A stretch of 63,168 bases of DNA from a virus. Taxonomy: Duplodnaviria > Caudoviricetes. The position numbers and the translations under genes are program-made. The notes beneath the pieces are model-generated. The model was not told where the DNA came from and ran no database searches. It worked only from the letters and a program-made list of their open reading frames with translations. Location of the stretch: positions 1-63,168 of IMG/VR virus record IMGVR_UViG_3300042878_000174; one strand, given 5' to 3'. Of this stretch, positions 43,514 to 53,073 are shown piece by piece; the stretch's first letter is position 1; each line of letters opens with the position of its first letter.

Positions 43514-44422
43514 TTAGGTCAAATTAAATTTCTTGAGGGAGTCCATGATGGATCCCATACCGCCAACGGAGGACACTAACGAGCCTAAACCGCTCATCTG
43601 GGCAGGTGTAGAGCTAACAGTGGAAATAGGCAGGCCTTGAAGCATGGACTGCAAGTACTGCGTCTTCTTCATTGGATCATCACGTTGTGCGAGGAATTCG
43701 TTGTAGTCTGCGCTGATACCTTGTTGCTCAATGCCACGCTGTTGACCACCAGCCTCAGACATCATGTCAGCCAAAGTCTTGGCTTGACCTTGCTCCACAT
43801 TAAACTGACCCATGGCTTTGTCGTAGGCACTTGCGTACCCAGTACCAATAGCTTTGTTCTGCTCTTGGAGCAGATTGCGGTTAGCCTCAGACTCCATGAT
43901 GGCCTGACGGCCACCACCATAACCACCGGATTGGGTCATCTTGGCTAGACCGGGCTGAAGGTTGATTTCAGACTGACGGCGCAGTTCGGCCAACTGAGGC
44001 TGAAGGACTGCATCTAAGTATGGGTTCATGTACTGCGAGGCAACGCCAGTCTGGCCGCTTGACTGGCCGCCCATGGGAGCGCCCATGCCGCCCATAGGAG
44101 CGCCAGCACCTGTACCAATAGGCTGAGTGTTATAGATGCCGGGAGTCATGCCGGGAGGCTGATACGCACCTGTAGAGCTAAAAGACTGACCAAGCTGACC
44201 GGGGAAGGACAGGTTACCCAAGCCTTGAAAGACTTTAGATTGCAGGCCAGACTCAGCCGCAGTCTGTGGGCCACCGTACACAGCATAAGGCTGATCGGCA
44301 ATAGCTTGGGCTTTGCCAAGCATATCCGTTACATACGGGCCTGCCCATTCAGAAAGAGTCTGTTGGTTAGACCCGCCTGTTGAGGGCATGGAGAAAGTAG
44401 AAGCTGGTGTAGGAGCGGCCAT
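43514..44422 (-). CDS. Putative DNA transfer (pilot) protein
   Basis: PYV..ML..AQ, YMNPY...V, GGYGGGRQAI.E, G.QQR...Q....Y..F pattern. Confidence 0.65.
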   Translation of the reverse strand: MAAPTPASTFSMPSTGGSNQQTLSEWAGPYVTDMLGKAQAIADQPYAVYGGPQTAAESGLQSKVFQGLGNLSFPGQLGQSFSSTGAYQPPGMTPGIYNTQPIGTGAGAPMGGMGAPMGGQSSGQTGVASQYMNPYLDAVLQPQLAELRRQSEINLQPGLAKMTQSGGYGGGRQAIMESEANRNLLQEQNKAIGTGYASAYDKAMGQFNVEQGQAKTLADMMSEAGGQQRGIEQQGISADYNEFLAQRDDPMKKTQYLQSMLQGLPISTVSSTPAQMSGLGSLVSSVGGMGSIMDSLKKFNLT

Positions 44423-44431
44423 GTTTAAACC

Positions 44432-45382
44432 TTATGCTGGTAAATGTTTGTCAGCCTTGGAATTGGCTGCAACGTTCTTTAAAGTCTTGCCACGAGCTTT
44501 TTGGATACGATCCATCATGGCATATAGTTTACGTGCTCCTGCGTCTGTAGATCCATTACCGATCTCAGAAACAATACGGGCTGGGATGACAAACTCGCCA
44601 TCGGCCAGACGGGCTGGTTGGTTCTTCCCAATCATCGCAGGGATGTCATCAGACACACCATCGCCCGGCCCTTTAAGGAGGCGACCGCCATCGGAGTAGC
44701 TACCCAAAGACCCTAGCCCACCCTGAGCCATACCGCCTTGAGCGTATCCGGGTTCTATGATGGGATTGGCTTGTACGGGTGCGGGAGCCTCTACAACCGG
44801 AGCGGCTGCCGGGGCAGCAGCCTGAGGCGTGTAAACCATAGGTGAGAAGTACGTTACGCCACCTGAGCCGGGGCGACGTGCCATGCCTGCGTTTGGCCCC
44901 ATAGCCGCTTGATAGCGAGATTGAATATCTGCCAAAGGAGTTTGAGTTACGTCAGCAATTTGCTGCGGTGCAACACCAAACTCATTCATAGAACGAGCAA
45001 TCATTGAGTCGTTTAAACCGGGTCTTTTAAGATAATTTAAAACTTCTTCGTTAGACGGTGCTGGGCCACGGTTTACTGTGCTGACCGGAGGAGCGTACTG
45101 TGTACGTGAAGCTGTGTACTTTGGTATGCTTCCTTGGTATCCCTTGAAGCCACCACCGCCAGAACCACCCATAGAATTGAGCAAAGCGCCCAAACCGCCA
45201 AGACTTGCAATCTGCGCCATGGATCCAGATTTGCCGGACAAGATTCCGCCAATAGAACTAAGGATACCGGGGTCGTAATTTATATCCGACAGGATTTGGG
45301 AGTTAGATGGAGATGCCCCCAAGTCATTGTAGGCAAACGCATCGTTCCTAGGATCCGCAAAAAAATCGTATTCTTCACCCAT
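44432..45382 (-). CDS. Virion protein with GPGDG.SD.IPA...LADGEFV C-terminal domain
   Basis: YAQGG/YSDGG precede GPGDGVSDDIPAMI....ARLADGEFVIPA..V...GNGS..AGA..L. Confidence 0.7.
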   Translation of the reverse strand: MGEEYDFFADPRNDAFAYNDLGASPSNSQILSDINYDPGILSSIGGILSGKSGSMAQIASLGGLGALLNSMGGSGGGGFKGYQGSIPKYTASRTQYAPPVSTVNRGPAPSNEEVLNYLKRPGLNDSMIARSMNEFGVAPQQIADVTQTPLADIQSRYQAAMGPNAGMARRPGSGGVTYFSPMVYTPQAAAPAAAPVVEAPAPVQANPIIEPGYAQGGMAQGGLGSLGSYSDGGRLLKGPGDGVSDDIPAMIGKNQPARLADGEFVIPARIVSEIGNGSTDAGARKLYAMMDRIQKARGKTLKNVAANSKADKHLPA

Positions 45383-45383
45383 A

Positions 45384-48300
45384 TTAGCCTCTTGCTTGAA
45401 TAATTTGCATTAACTCTTCTTGCGTCATATTGTTGTTGCCAGAAGACATGATTTGTTGTAACAGCGCAGATATATCATTTTCGCTGTCTTTTGCCTCTTG
45501 TGCAACAGGAATTGCTGGAAGAGGCGCTTCTGCTCCCGCCTTGGTAACACTTAACTCATTGTATGGAGCCATCATTAAGTCGCCTGTCGGGGCAACTTGC
45601 TGCTTCTGACCGCCAAAGTCTTTGCCGTAATAGAACACACTTGCCAGCGGAGCCACCATAGACTCGCCTCCACCACCGCTTTGTGGCATCTGCATTGGAG
45701 TTGATGCCGTTTTCTTGGTTGGAGGCTTTTTGGTTGTAGGTGGCTGTGTTACCGGCGTAACTGGTGTAACTTCTGGAGTTGTTGTAATTGGCGTAGTTGG
45801 CGTTAAAACGCTTGGTGGCGTATATGTTCCGGGAATACTAACTCCACCCACATTGATTGAGTCAGGCGTAGAAACGTTAACGTTAGTGTTAATGTTTGGC
45901 GTAACTTGTGGCGTAACTTGAGGTGTTACCTCTGGCGTAACTTGGGGGGTTACTTGCGGAGTCACTTGTGGGGTAACTTGCGGCGTGACCTGAGGCGTGA
46001 CCTGAGGCGTGACTTGCGGGGTCACTTGTGGAGTTACTTGAGGTGTAACTTGGGGCGTGACTTGTGGGGTAACCTGAGGAGTAACCTGAGGAGTAACCTG
46101 CGGCGTTACCTGAGGCGTTACCTGAGGCGTTACCTCTGGTGTGACTTGTGGGGTAACTGCTGGTGTAGTAGCTGGAGTGCTTGCTACAGTTGTCGCTGTA
46201 TTAGTTGCAGGATTTACAACGACAGAACTTCCCACTGTAACATCGCCAGCAACATTAACTATACTAGTACCAGTTGGACTTGTAACTATAGCTTGTCCAG
46301 TAGAAGCATCAATTGCCAAAACAGTGGATGTTTGATTAGCCTCTGTAGCAGCGGTGCTTGTTGCGCTTGCCGGTGTGGTTCCTACAGTACTGGTGGTAGT
46401 AGATCCTGTTGTAGCTTGAGATGGCCCAGTCGCAGTTGTGGCAGTTGTTGCAGGTGTAGTGGTGGCAGTTGTTGCCGCATTATTATTTGCAATTTGTGTT
46501 GCTAAAGAAATAGCAGTTTGATCTGTAACTTTTAATCCCAAATCCGCCATAACAGCTTGAGCTTCTGCCGCAGTCATGGGTGTGGTTGCTACATTTGAAG
46601 AAGTCGCGGGCGTGCTGGTTGAAGTTGTTGTTGAGCCTGTGGTGGGCAGAGAACTGACAGGAGTACTGCTTGTAGTCGTGCCTGCATTTAAAGTAGTCTT
46701 GCTTTGCTCTGGGCTTAAAATATTGTTGATGTAAGACGATAAATTAGCATCTTGAGCGTTTGTAGTGTTTCCAGAAATTACTTGTTCAACTGTAAGCTGT
46801 GCACCATTTGGAGCAGTGGCAACAATAACATTTGAATTGGTTAAATTGCTGGGTAGCAAATTGCCTACTACGTCACTACCAAAACCAATATTATTACCAT
46901 ACATCATTGATGCACCAACAGTGATGTTGCTACCGTTATCTGATGTTGCAATTGGTATGCTTGTATTGACTGAAGACAAATCAATATTACTGCCACCGTT
47001 CAACACTTGTTGGACAGTGACTGGATTGCCTGAATAATCTCTTCCAATAACTGCCGCTGTGTCTACAACCGTACCGGGTGTACTAAATGCAGTCTGTACT
47101 GTGCCACCAATAAAGCTTTCAAAAATACCATTGGAAAGTGCAGCCCCTACCGACGCAGTGTTTGGATTTGTAACATATGCGGTTGTGTAGTTTTGTGCTG
47201 CTCCTGCAACAAAATTGGTTACAACGCCAACCGCAGAACTAGTTGCATAACCCTTACCAATATTTGCAAGAGTTTTATCAGCCATACTTTTCATAAGCGG
47301 AGCAACAATTGCTTTATCCGCAAGGAAGTCTGGCCCCATCTCAAATAACGTATTTAAACTCGCAGTAACGTATGATTTATCTCTGGCTGTTTGTTCTGAA
47401 TCACCTTGTGCTTTAGCTTTTTGATAAGCTTCTTTTCCTGATGAGCCAAATGTTTCAAGAAAAGAGCCGGTAAGGCTGGCAGTGCCTTGAATAATTCTTG
47501 CACCAGTAACGCCTAAAGAAGCGCCCCCAGTCAGCATAGCAGCGCCAACTTGAACAACAAGGTCGGGTATTTCTTCGACAGCTTCAGTGCCAAAGAAATC
47601 AAAAAACCCTACAGGATTTTTAACAACGGCAGATCCAACAGTTTTTAGTTTATCGTAAAACCCTTGCGTTTCAGACTGTTCAACAGCTTGCAAAATCCTA
47701 TCTTTTTGTACATCTATACCGTAGCCGTCTTTACTTTTTGCAATTTCTTCAAGTTCTTTTCCAATTCTTGTAGCGGCATTTTCATAATTAAAATCACCTG
47801 TTAATTGGGCATAAGTATTACCGACATTGGAAATAAAACTGCCTGCACCCCTAATAGTAGTGCCTAATGCTTGAGCACCTATGGCGCTTATATTGTCCAT
47901 AGCTGAACGTTCGCCCGCTTCCATCAATCTTTGCGTTTCAGCTTTAGACTCATTTGGTGCGTTACCTAAAACTAAGGTATTGTTAAGAGCAGCTAAACGT
48001 TTAGTTTCTGCGGCATTTTGATTTGGAGCGCCAGCAACAATCCTTGCCAACTCGTCGGTTTGCGCTGCAACCGTGTTAGATGCGTTGGTTGTTGTAGAAA
48101 GATTAGATGCGTTTAAAGCATTTATTGCTTGGTCTGCTGCGGTGATGTTTAAATCAGGACGTTCTGCTGCTGTAGCAGTGCTGTACTGTTTGCCGTTATA
48201 TGTAAACGTTTGGTTAGGGCCAAGCGCTGTACGGGCTGCGGCATAGGCGGCATTAAAATTAGGTGCGTTTTGAATGTCTTGAAGCGCAGTGTCTCTTTGA

Positions 48301-50636
48301 GTAGTGGCCAATGCTGCGTTTACATCAGCATTAGATGTGCCCAATGTGTAAGTTTTGCCATCAAAGGTGAAGGTCGTGCCGGTTGGATTACGTGACCTAG
48401 CTAAAGCAGCAGCTTGTGTTACATCGTCAGCTTCTGCATTACCAATAACTGTATTGTTTGCCGCAGCGTTAGCCGCTACAGCGGCATCTACACCGGCAAA
48501 TTCACCACCGGCTAGATTAGATGTTGTGGTGGCGGCAAGATTGTCAGCCGCAACAATTCTTTCTAAATCGGCAATTGTTGTAGCGGCGTTATTGTTGTCA
48601 ATGGTGTACGTGCCACCACCAAACGTAAATGTATTTGACCCTGCATTTGAAGCGGCGTTGGCGGCTGCATTTATATCAGTTGCCCCAGAACCGTCAAAAG
48701 TTAAAGATTGGGTAAGTTGATTGGAAATCTGAGTGTCAGTATCGTCGGCAGTATTTGCATCTGCAAATGATGCTGCGCCTGAATTATTTACCAAGCCAGC
48801 ATTTTGCAACTGAGTTGTAATGTCTTTATTTCCACCCGTAGCATTATTTACAACGGCATTACCAGCGGCAATGGCTGTGCTAACAGCTATCTTATCTATC
48901 GTCTGGCCTGACAATGCACCCGTTACGGCGGTGGTAACAAGGTTTTTATTGGTATTAGATAAGTCTGAAAACCCGTCAATACTACCTAGCACTGTATTGA
49001 CTACACCGCTTAAACCGCCTGATGTTGCGCCTGCAAGCGCTGCGTCAACAATGTCATTACCTGTTACTGCGGCTGTAACACCCGCCACTGTGGCTTTATT
49101 AAAAGAATTGGTTAAGGTATTTGTAATGTCTGCTGACAACCCAAGATCTTTAATGAAAGAGCCACCTTCTTTCATAAAGTCCATGCCCGGAATTTGTGCT
49201 CCTACATAGCTCACTGCGGCATTCTTAATTGCGTCGCCAATGTCGTTGCCGCTTAAAACGCTGATAGCCAAGTTAGCCGCAATCTGTTGCGGTATAGATA
49301 GACCACCCGTAGCAATTGCAAGACCAATTTGTCCAATTGGCCCTAGATCCTGCATCAAGATTGCAAGGTCATTAGATGTGGCTTGCGTTGTATAGAAAAT
49401 AGGAGTTCCGTCTGCTCCAAACTGCACTCGGTAGCCGGTGTTGCCTTTGCCCTCAAACGTGCCACCAAAAGCATTGCCTGTCTGGCGTTCGCCATATGTA
49501 CTGGCAACTTCTTGCCCAGTCAGTTTATTGCCAAATACTTCTTGCTTGCCTACAGGCGCAACATAGACAGTTTGGTCACTTCCGCTTTCACCGCCATAAA
49601 CAGTTTCAGTTTTAACCAAATTAGGATCAACCGGCTTGCCATCTTGGTCTGTATAACCAACAATTTTTTGAGAAAAGATAGGGCCATTTTCATCATAGCC
49701 CCCAGTATCAAACGTTTCAAAAACAGGTTGTACAGTAGCATCAACAGTTTTAGTTACCTTGCCAAACTGGTTAATGTCTGTAGCACCAGTATCGGCAATG
49801 ATCCGGGCCATATCCCTTGCATTTGCCTCGGCGGAGCCTTTGCCCTCGCCCTTCCACTTACTACTTACGCCTTGGGCTAAGATTTGCTGCGTAATTTTTT
49901 CTACGGCGGCAGCTTTGTCCATTGGCGCGGCGGTAGTTGCGGTAGCTTGAGTGGTTGCGGCTGGCAACGATGCAATACCTGCGGGTTGAGTGACAGCGGC
50001 AGGCGCTGCTGGCAAACTACTGTAGGCGGCATTAACTTGAGCGGCACTAATTCCCATGCCCGCTGCTGCTGCCGTAATGTCAGCTTTACTGGCATTAGGA
50101 TCATTTTTAAGCGCATCAACTAATGCTTGGTTAACTTCCGCCTGCGTATACGTTTTGGCTACGGGGGCCGCTGGCAAAGATGCAATCCCCGCAGGCTCAC
50201 TTACCGTCACTGGAGGCGGAGGTGGAGTAGGTGGAGGAGGCGGAGGTGGTGGCTCCGGTGGTGGCGGCGGAGGGGGTGGAGGCGGAGGGGGTGGTTCAGC
50301 AACAGTTACTGAAGAAGCCGCACGACCTTCATTTGCCCCATAGTTGGTGTAGTGAAAATCAGCAAACTCTTGAGGAGTCATACCATAGCTATTGTCTTGG
50401 TATGCGTTAGCAACGTCTTGGTTAGCATCAAAATATGCAGGAGCTGATACAACAGCCGGAGGTTCTACGCCTGCGTTACCAAAATAACCACCAATATCAG
50501 CAACAGAAAAACCTGTGGCTCTGGATAGGTCGGCCATTGACACGCCAGCAAGAGCCGCAGCCTCTGCAATAGCCGCAGGGTTGTCTATGTTTGCTTCTAC
50601 ATAAGCGCGTATTTCTGCGTCTGAAAACCTTGCCAT
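45384..50636 (-). CDS. Large low-complexity virion protein with poly-Pro and VTPQ repeats
   Basis: About 1750 aa from ATG at 50636; YFDANQDV..HY..YG.NEGR unit, three TFT(F/Y)xGxxY repeats, 22 VTPx units. Confidence 0.75.
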   Translation of the reverse strand: MARFSDAEIRAYVEANIDNPAAIAEAAALAGVSMADLSRATGFSVADIGGYFGNAGVEPPAVVSAPAYFDANQDVANAYQDNSYGMTPQEFADFHYTNYGANEGRAASSVTVAEPPPPPPPPPPPPPEPPPPPPPPTPPPPPVTVSEPAGIASLPAAPVAKTYTQAEVNQALVDALKNDPNASKADITAAAAGMGISAAQVNAAYSSLPAAPAAVTQPAGIASLPAATTQATATTAAPMDKAAAVEKITQQILAQGVSSKWKGEGKGSAEANARDMARIIADTGATDINQFGKVTKTVDATVQPVFETFDTGGYDENGPIFSQKIVGYTDQDGKPVDPNLVKTETVYGGESGSDQTVYVAPVGKQEVFGNKLTGQEVASTYGERQTGNAFGGTFEGKGNTGYRVQFGADGTPIFYTTQATSNDLAILMQDLGPIGQIGLAIATGGLSIPQQIAANLAISVLSGNDIGDAIKNAAVSYVGAQIPGMDFMKEGGSFIKDLGLSADITNTLTNSFNKATVAGVTAAVTGNDIVDAALAGATSGGLSGVVNTVLGSIDGFSDLSNTNKNLVTTAVTGALSGQTIDKIAVSTAIAAGNAVVNNATGGNKDITTQLQNAGLVNNSGAASFADANTADDTDTQISNQLTQSLTFDGSGATDINAAANAASNAGSNTFTFGGGTYTIDNNNAATTIADLERIVAADNLAATTTSNLAGGEFAGVDAAVAANAAANNTVIGNAEADDVTQAAALARSRNPTGTTFTFDGKTYTLGTSNADVNAALATTQRDTALQDIQNAPNFNAAYAAARTALGPNQTFTYNGKQYSTATAAERPDLNITAADQAINALNASNLSTTTNASNTVAAQTDELARIVAGAPNQNAAETKRLAALNNTLVLGNAPNESKAETQRLMEAGERSAMDNISAIGAQALGTTIRGAGSFISNVGNTYAQLTGDFNYENAATRIGKELEEIAKSKDGYGIDVQKDRILQAVEQSETQGFYDKLKTVGSAVVKNPVGFFDFFGTEAVEEIPDLVVQVGAAMLTGGASLGVTGARIIQGTASLTGSFLETFGSSGKEAYQKAKAQGDSEQTARDKSYVTASLNTLFEMGPDFLADKAIVAPLMKSMADKTLANIGKGYATSSAVGVVTNFVAGAAQNYTTAYVTNPNTASVGAALSNGIFESFIGGTVQTAFSTPGTVVDTAAVIGRDYSGNPVTVQQVLNGGSNIDLSSVNTSIPIATSDNGSNITVGASMMYGNNIGFGSDVVGNLLPSNLTNSNVIVATAPNGAQLTVEQVISGNTTNAQDANLSSYINNILSPEQSKTTLNAGTTTSSTPVSSLPTTGSTTTSTSTPATSSNVATTPMTAAEAQAVMADLGLKVTDQTAISLATQIANNNAATTATTTPATTATTATGPSQATTGSTTTSTVGTTPASATSTAATEANQTSTVLAIDASTGQAIVTSPTGTSIVNVAGDVTVGSSVVVNPATNTATTVASTPATTPAVTPQVTPEVTPQVTPQVTPQVTPQVTPQVTPQVTPQVTPQVTPQVTPQVTPQVTPQVTPQVTPQVTPQVTPQVTPEVTPQVTPQVTPNINTNVNVSTPDSINVGGVSIPGTYTPPSVLTPTTPITTTPEVTPVTPVTQPPTTKKPPTKKTASTPMQMPQSGGGGESMVAPLASVFYYGKDFGGQKQQVAPTGDLMMAPYNELSVTKAGAEAPLPAIPVAQEAKDSENDISALLQQIMSSGNNNMTQEELMQIIQARG
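45894..46157 (-). repeat. 22 x 12-bp coding tandem repeat (VTPQ/VTPE/VTPN)
   Basis: 264 bp of 12-bp period with diversified third codon positions. Confidence 0.9.
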
Positions 50637-50983
50637 TATCCAACCTTCCAATTTGTTCCGTCAGAATATACAGGCACAGCCACTGCGCCGCCAGTCACCA
50701 CGGTTGCCCCAAATGTTGGGCCTAAAGCATCTGTTACAAAAGCTCTTGCACCTTTGCCTGAAGTGACTGCGCTTGGCAGCGTAGCCACGGTGTAATTAGT
50801 TAAAGGAGGCACTATGCCAGAAGCCATCAACTGAGTAGTTAACGCATCAATCCTGTTGAAGTACAGACGCAAGATGTTTAGCATCTGGTCAAAATACACA
50901 CGGTTGTACGCGTCCGGAGGTAGCGGCAAGTTAGGTGCGGCTACCTTGTTAAGCTCAAACTCTGACGTAATTATGTAGGTCAT
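50636..50983 (-). CDS. Tail-associated protein
   Basis: APNLP..P..Y...Y.DQ..NILRLYFN; YTVATLPSA...GARAFVTDA...VYSDGTNW. Confidence 0.7.
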   Translation of the reverse strand: MTYIITSEFELNKVAAPNLPLPPDAYNRVYFDQMLNILRLYFNRIDALTTQLMASGIVPPLTNYTVATLPSAVTSGKGARAFVTDALGPTFGATVVTGGAVAVPVYSDGTNWKVG

Positions 50984-53064
50984 CGTCTGCCGTCCGGTCT
51001 AATGTCAATACGGGTAGCACCCAACTGCCAAGCTGTTCCTAGATTGTCTGAGCTAACTTTGAGAATTAACTGCCTGCCCCGCACACGAGTATTAATCTGG
51101 CCTGTAAAGCCCTCAGTCACTACGTATTGAGCGCCGGTTAATTTGTCTACATCTTTATTTACCGCAGTACCTGTGCCAGAGCCTGAGTTCTGCATTGGGT
51201 ACAAAGTGTACGTAACCTGCGGAGTTGGAGATGCGCTTGATCCAGAGAACGTCAAGTCAGGCAACATTCTCCAAACAAATCCAAAGTGTTCACCGTCCTC
51301 AATGTCAAACTCTGCGGATGAGATGTAAGCCTCAATGCCTGCTGGCGTACCTGTTTCGTTATTGTCTAAACCAAACTCCTGATCAACCAAGTTATAGCTG
51401 TATGTTGCGGCTATTGGATAATTACGCAGACCAGAGTCAAGCCATGCCGTTCGCGCCATCGTGCCGTAGTACCAGACCTTTTCAAGGTAGTTGTACACCA
51501 CATAACGATCAACAGTCAAACTATTGGCAGAGCAATAGAACCACCAAATTTCGTTAAACCCTTCGTTAGTACTTGCAAAAACCTGTTGATTCTGGTCAAG
51601 GTTAATGTCTTGATAAATATACCGGCGAAGATCACAAGGTAAAGTCTGCAAGCGTCCATCGTACAGATAGAACTTATCAACGCCCATCCAATACACCACA
51701 CCAGAGGCTTGGGCCGCTGCGTTCTGACCAAGGATAGATATGTTATCTCCCATCAACTGACTAGACCAAACCACTGGCGGGCCAATGTATTGGAGTGAAT
51801 AGATAGCTGAATCAGTCCAAACCAAAATCTCTTGGCGGGTCTGGATGGCAGTTACGATGCTTGAGCCGTGAGATAACGTAACGCTACCAGCCTGATTGGT
51901 TGCGGCTGGTGTCCAGTTAACCACAGACTCTTGATCTGACCAGCGAACAAGCATAGGGCTTTGGGCTGTAGCACCATAGTCATTACAGCCAAACGCAAAC
52001 ACAAATCTACTTACGTCAGATACAAAGATAAAGTTTTGAATAATGGGGCAGTCTGATGCACCAGATAAATTAACAATGTTTACACCGCTAGGCATGATGT
52101 AATGAACGCCAGACTGCGATCCAGAGGTATTGATGGCCGCACCGCCGGGTGTAGCGGATAGGTTAAATGTTGTACCGGTGGAGTTCTTTACGTAATAAAT
52201 AGTGCCAACTACGAGGCCAGTAGGTAACGCAGACGGAAAGCCTTCGTTAGTCAAAATCACGGGCAGATTATTTGCCAATGAGATTGCTGTAGTGACAACC
52301 GCAGGAGAGCCTATGGTGACCGTAAATGATGCTGGTGACAGACCAAACGAAGCATCCCAGTAGTAAATAGGGCCGCCACGGAAACCATATATTAAGTCTT
52401 CACCAAAGTTATTCTGACTCCACAGACGCAAAGCAGCGTTACTTGTACCGCTAAAGCCCCAAGTGCCAGACCCCCAAGAACCTGCGCCCCATCCTGTTTG
52501 CGGGGTTTCGTAAGCTACGCCAGTGTTAATCTGGTAGACAGCAGACACTGTAGTGCCGCCGCCGGTTGCAGTAGATGAAGCCGCAGAAGCCGCTGTAATG
52601 TTGTAAGTATCTGCGTCAATTAGAGTAATCTGATATTCATTGTTTAGGTTTAAACCACCAACAGTAGCTACATTGCTAAAGCTTACAAAGTCTCCATTAG
52701 CCGCGCCATGCGCTGAATCAGTGACTAAAACCGTGGTGCTTGTATTGGTGGTAGTAAAAGGATTGCTTAGTACAGCTGCCGCACGGATTGGCGTAATGTC
52801 GTAATAATCGCCACCATTCTCAAGGTAAAACTTAAGGTTAGTACCTACACCAATTAGGTTCAAATTCTCAAGCGTAATCCAGTTCCACAAAGAACGGCAT
52901 ACACCTTGAAAATAAGACACTGAAATACGTGCCCAGCCACCGATCTTTTCAGGCGTACCTTGGCGAAACCGCACTTTGTCGGACTCATACCAACCGTTCT
53001 CGTTGGCATAACGGGTGTTCTCCCGGTTAATGCCCGGCTTCAATATAAGTTTTTTAAGCGCCAT
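50980..53064 (-). CDS. Tail nozzle / stabilization protein (tail tubular B or P22 gp10-like)
   Basis: KPGIN...W...DKVRFR.G.PEKIGGW, VRWSDQE, TNQAG, beta-propeller-like body, R.RGRQ...W.LG..RIDI.PDGRR end. Confidence 0.7.
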   Translation of the reverse strand: MALKKLILKPGINRENTRYANENGWYESDKVRFRQGTPEKIGGWARISVSYFQGVCRSLWNWITLENLNLIGVGTNLKFYLENGGDYYDITPIRAAAVLSNPFTTTNTSTTVLVTDSAHGAANGDFVSFSNVATVGGLNLNNEYQITLIDADTYNITAASAASSTATGGGTTVSAVYQINTGVAYETPQTGWGAGSWGSGTWGFSGTSNAALRLWSQNNFGEDLIYGFRGGPIYYWDASFGLSPASFTVTIGSPAVVTTAISLANNLPVILTNEGFPSALPTGLVVGTIYYVKNSTGTTFNLSATPGGAAINTSGSQSGVHYIMPSGVNIVNLSGASDCPIIQNFIFVSDVSRFVFAFGCNDYGATAQSPMLVRWSDQESVVNWTPAATNQAGSVTLSHGSSIVTAIQTRQEILVWTDSAIYSLQYIGPPVVWSSQLMGDNISILGQNAAAQASGVVYWMGVDKFYLYDGRLQTLPCDLRRYIYQDINLDQNQQVFASTNEGFNEIWWFYCSANSLTVDRYVVYNYLEKVWYYGTMARTAWLDSGLRNYPIAATYSYNLVDQEFGLDNNETGTPAGIEAYISSAEFDIEDGEHFGFVWRMLPDLTFSGSSASPTPQVTYTLYPMQNSGSGTGTAVNKDVDKLTGAQYVVTEGFTGQINTRVRGRQLILKVSSDNLGTAWQLGATRIDIRPDGRR

Positions 53065-53073
53065 GAGCCACCT

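Noticed and set aside
45894-46157. Possible CRISPR-like or non-coding repeat array
   Set aside because: 12-bp period with no spacers, in frame, with variation at synonymous positions; it is a coding repeat.
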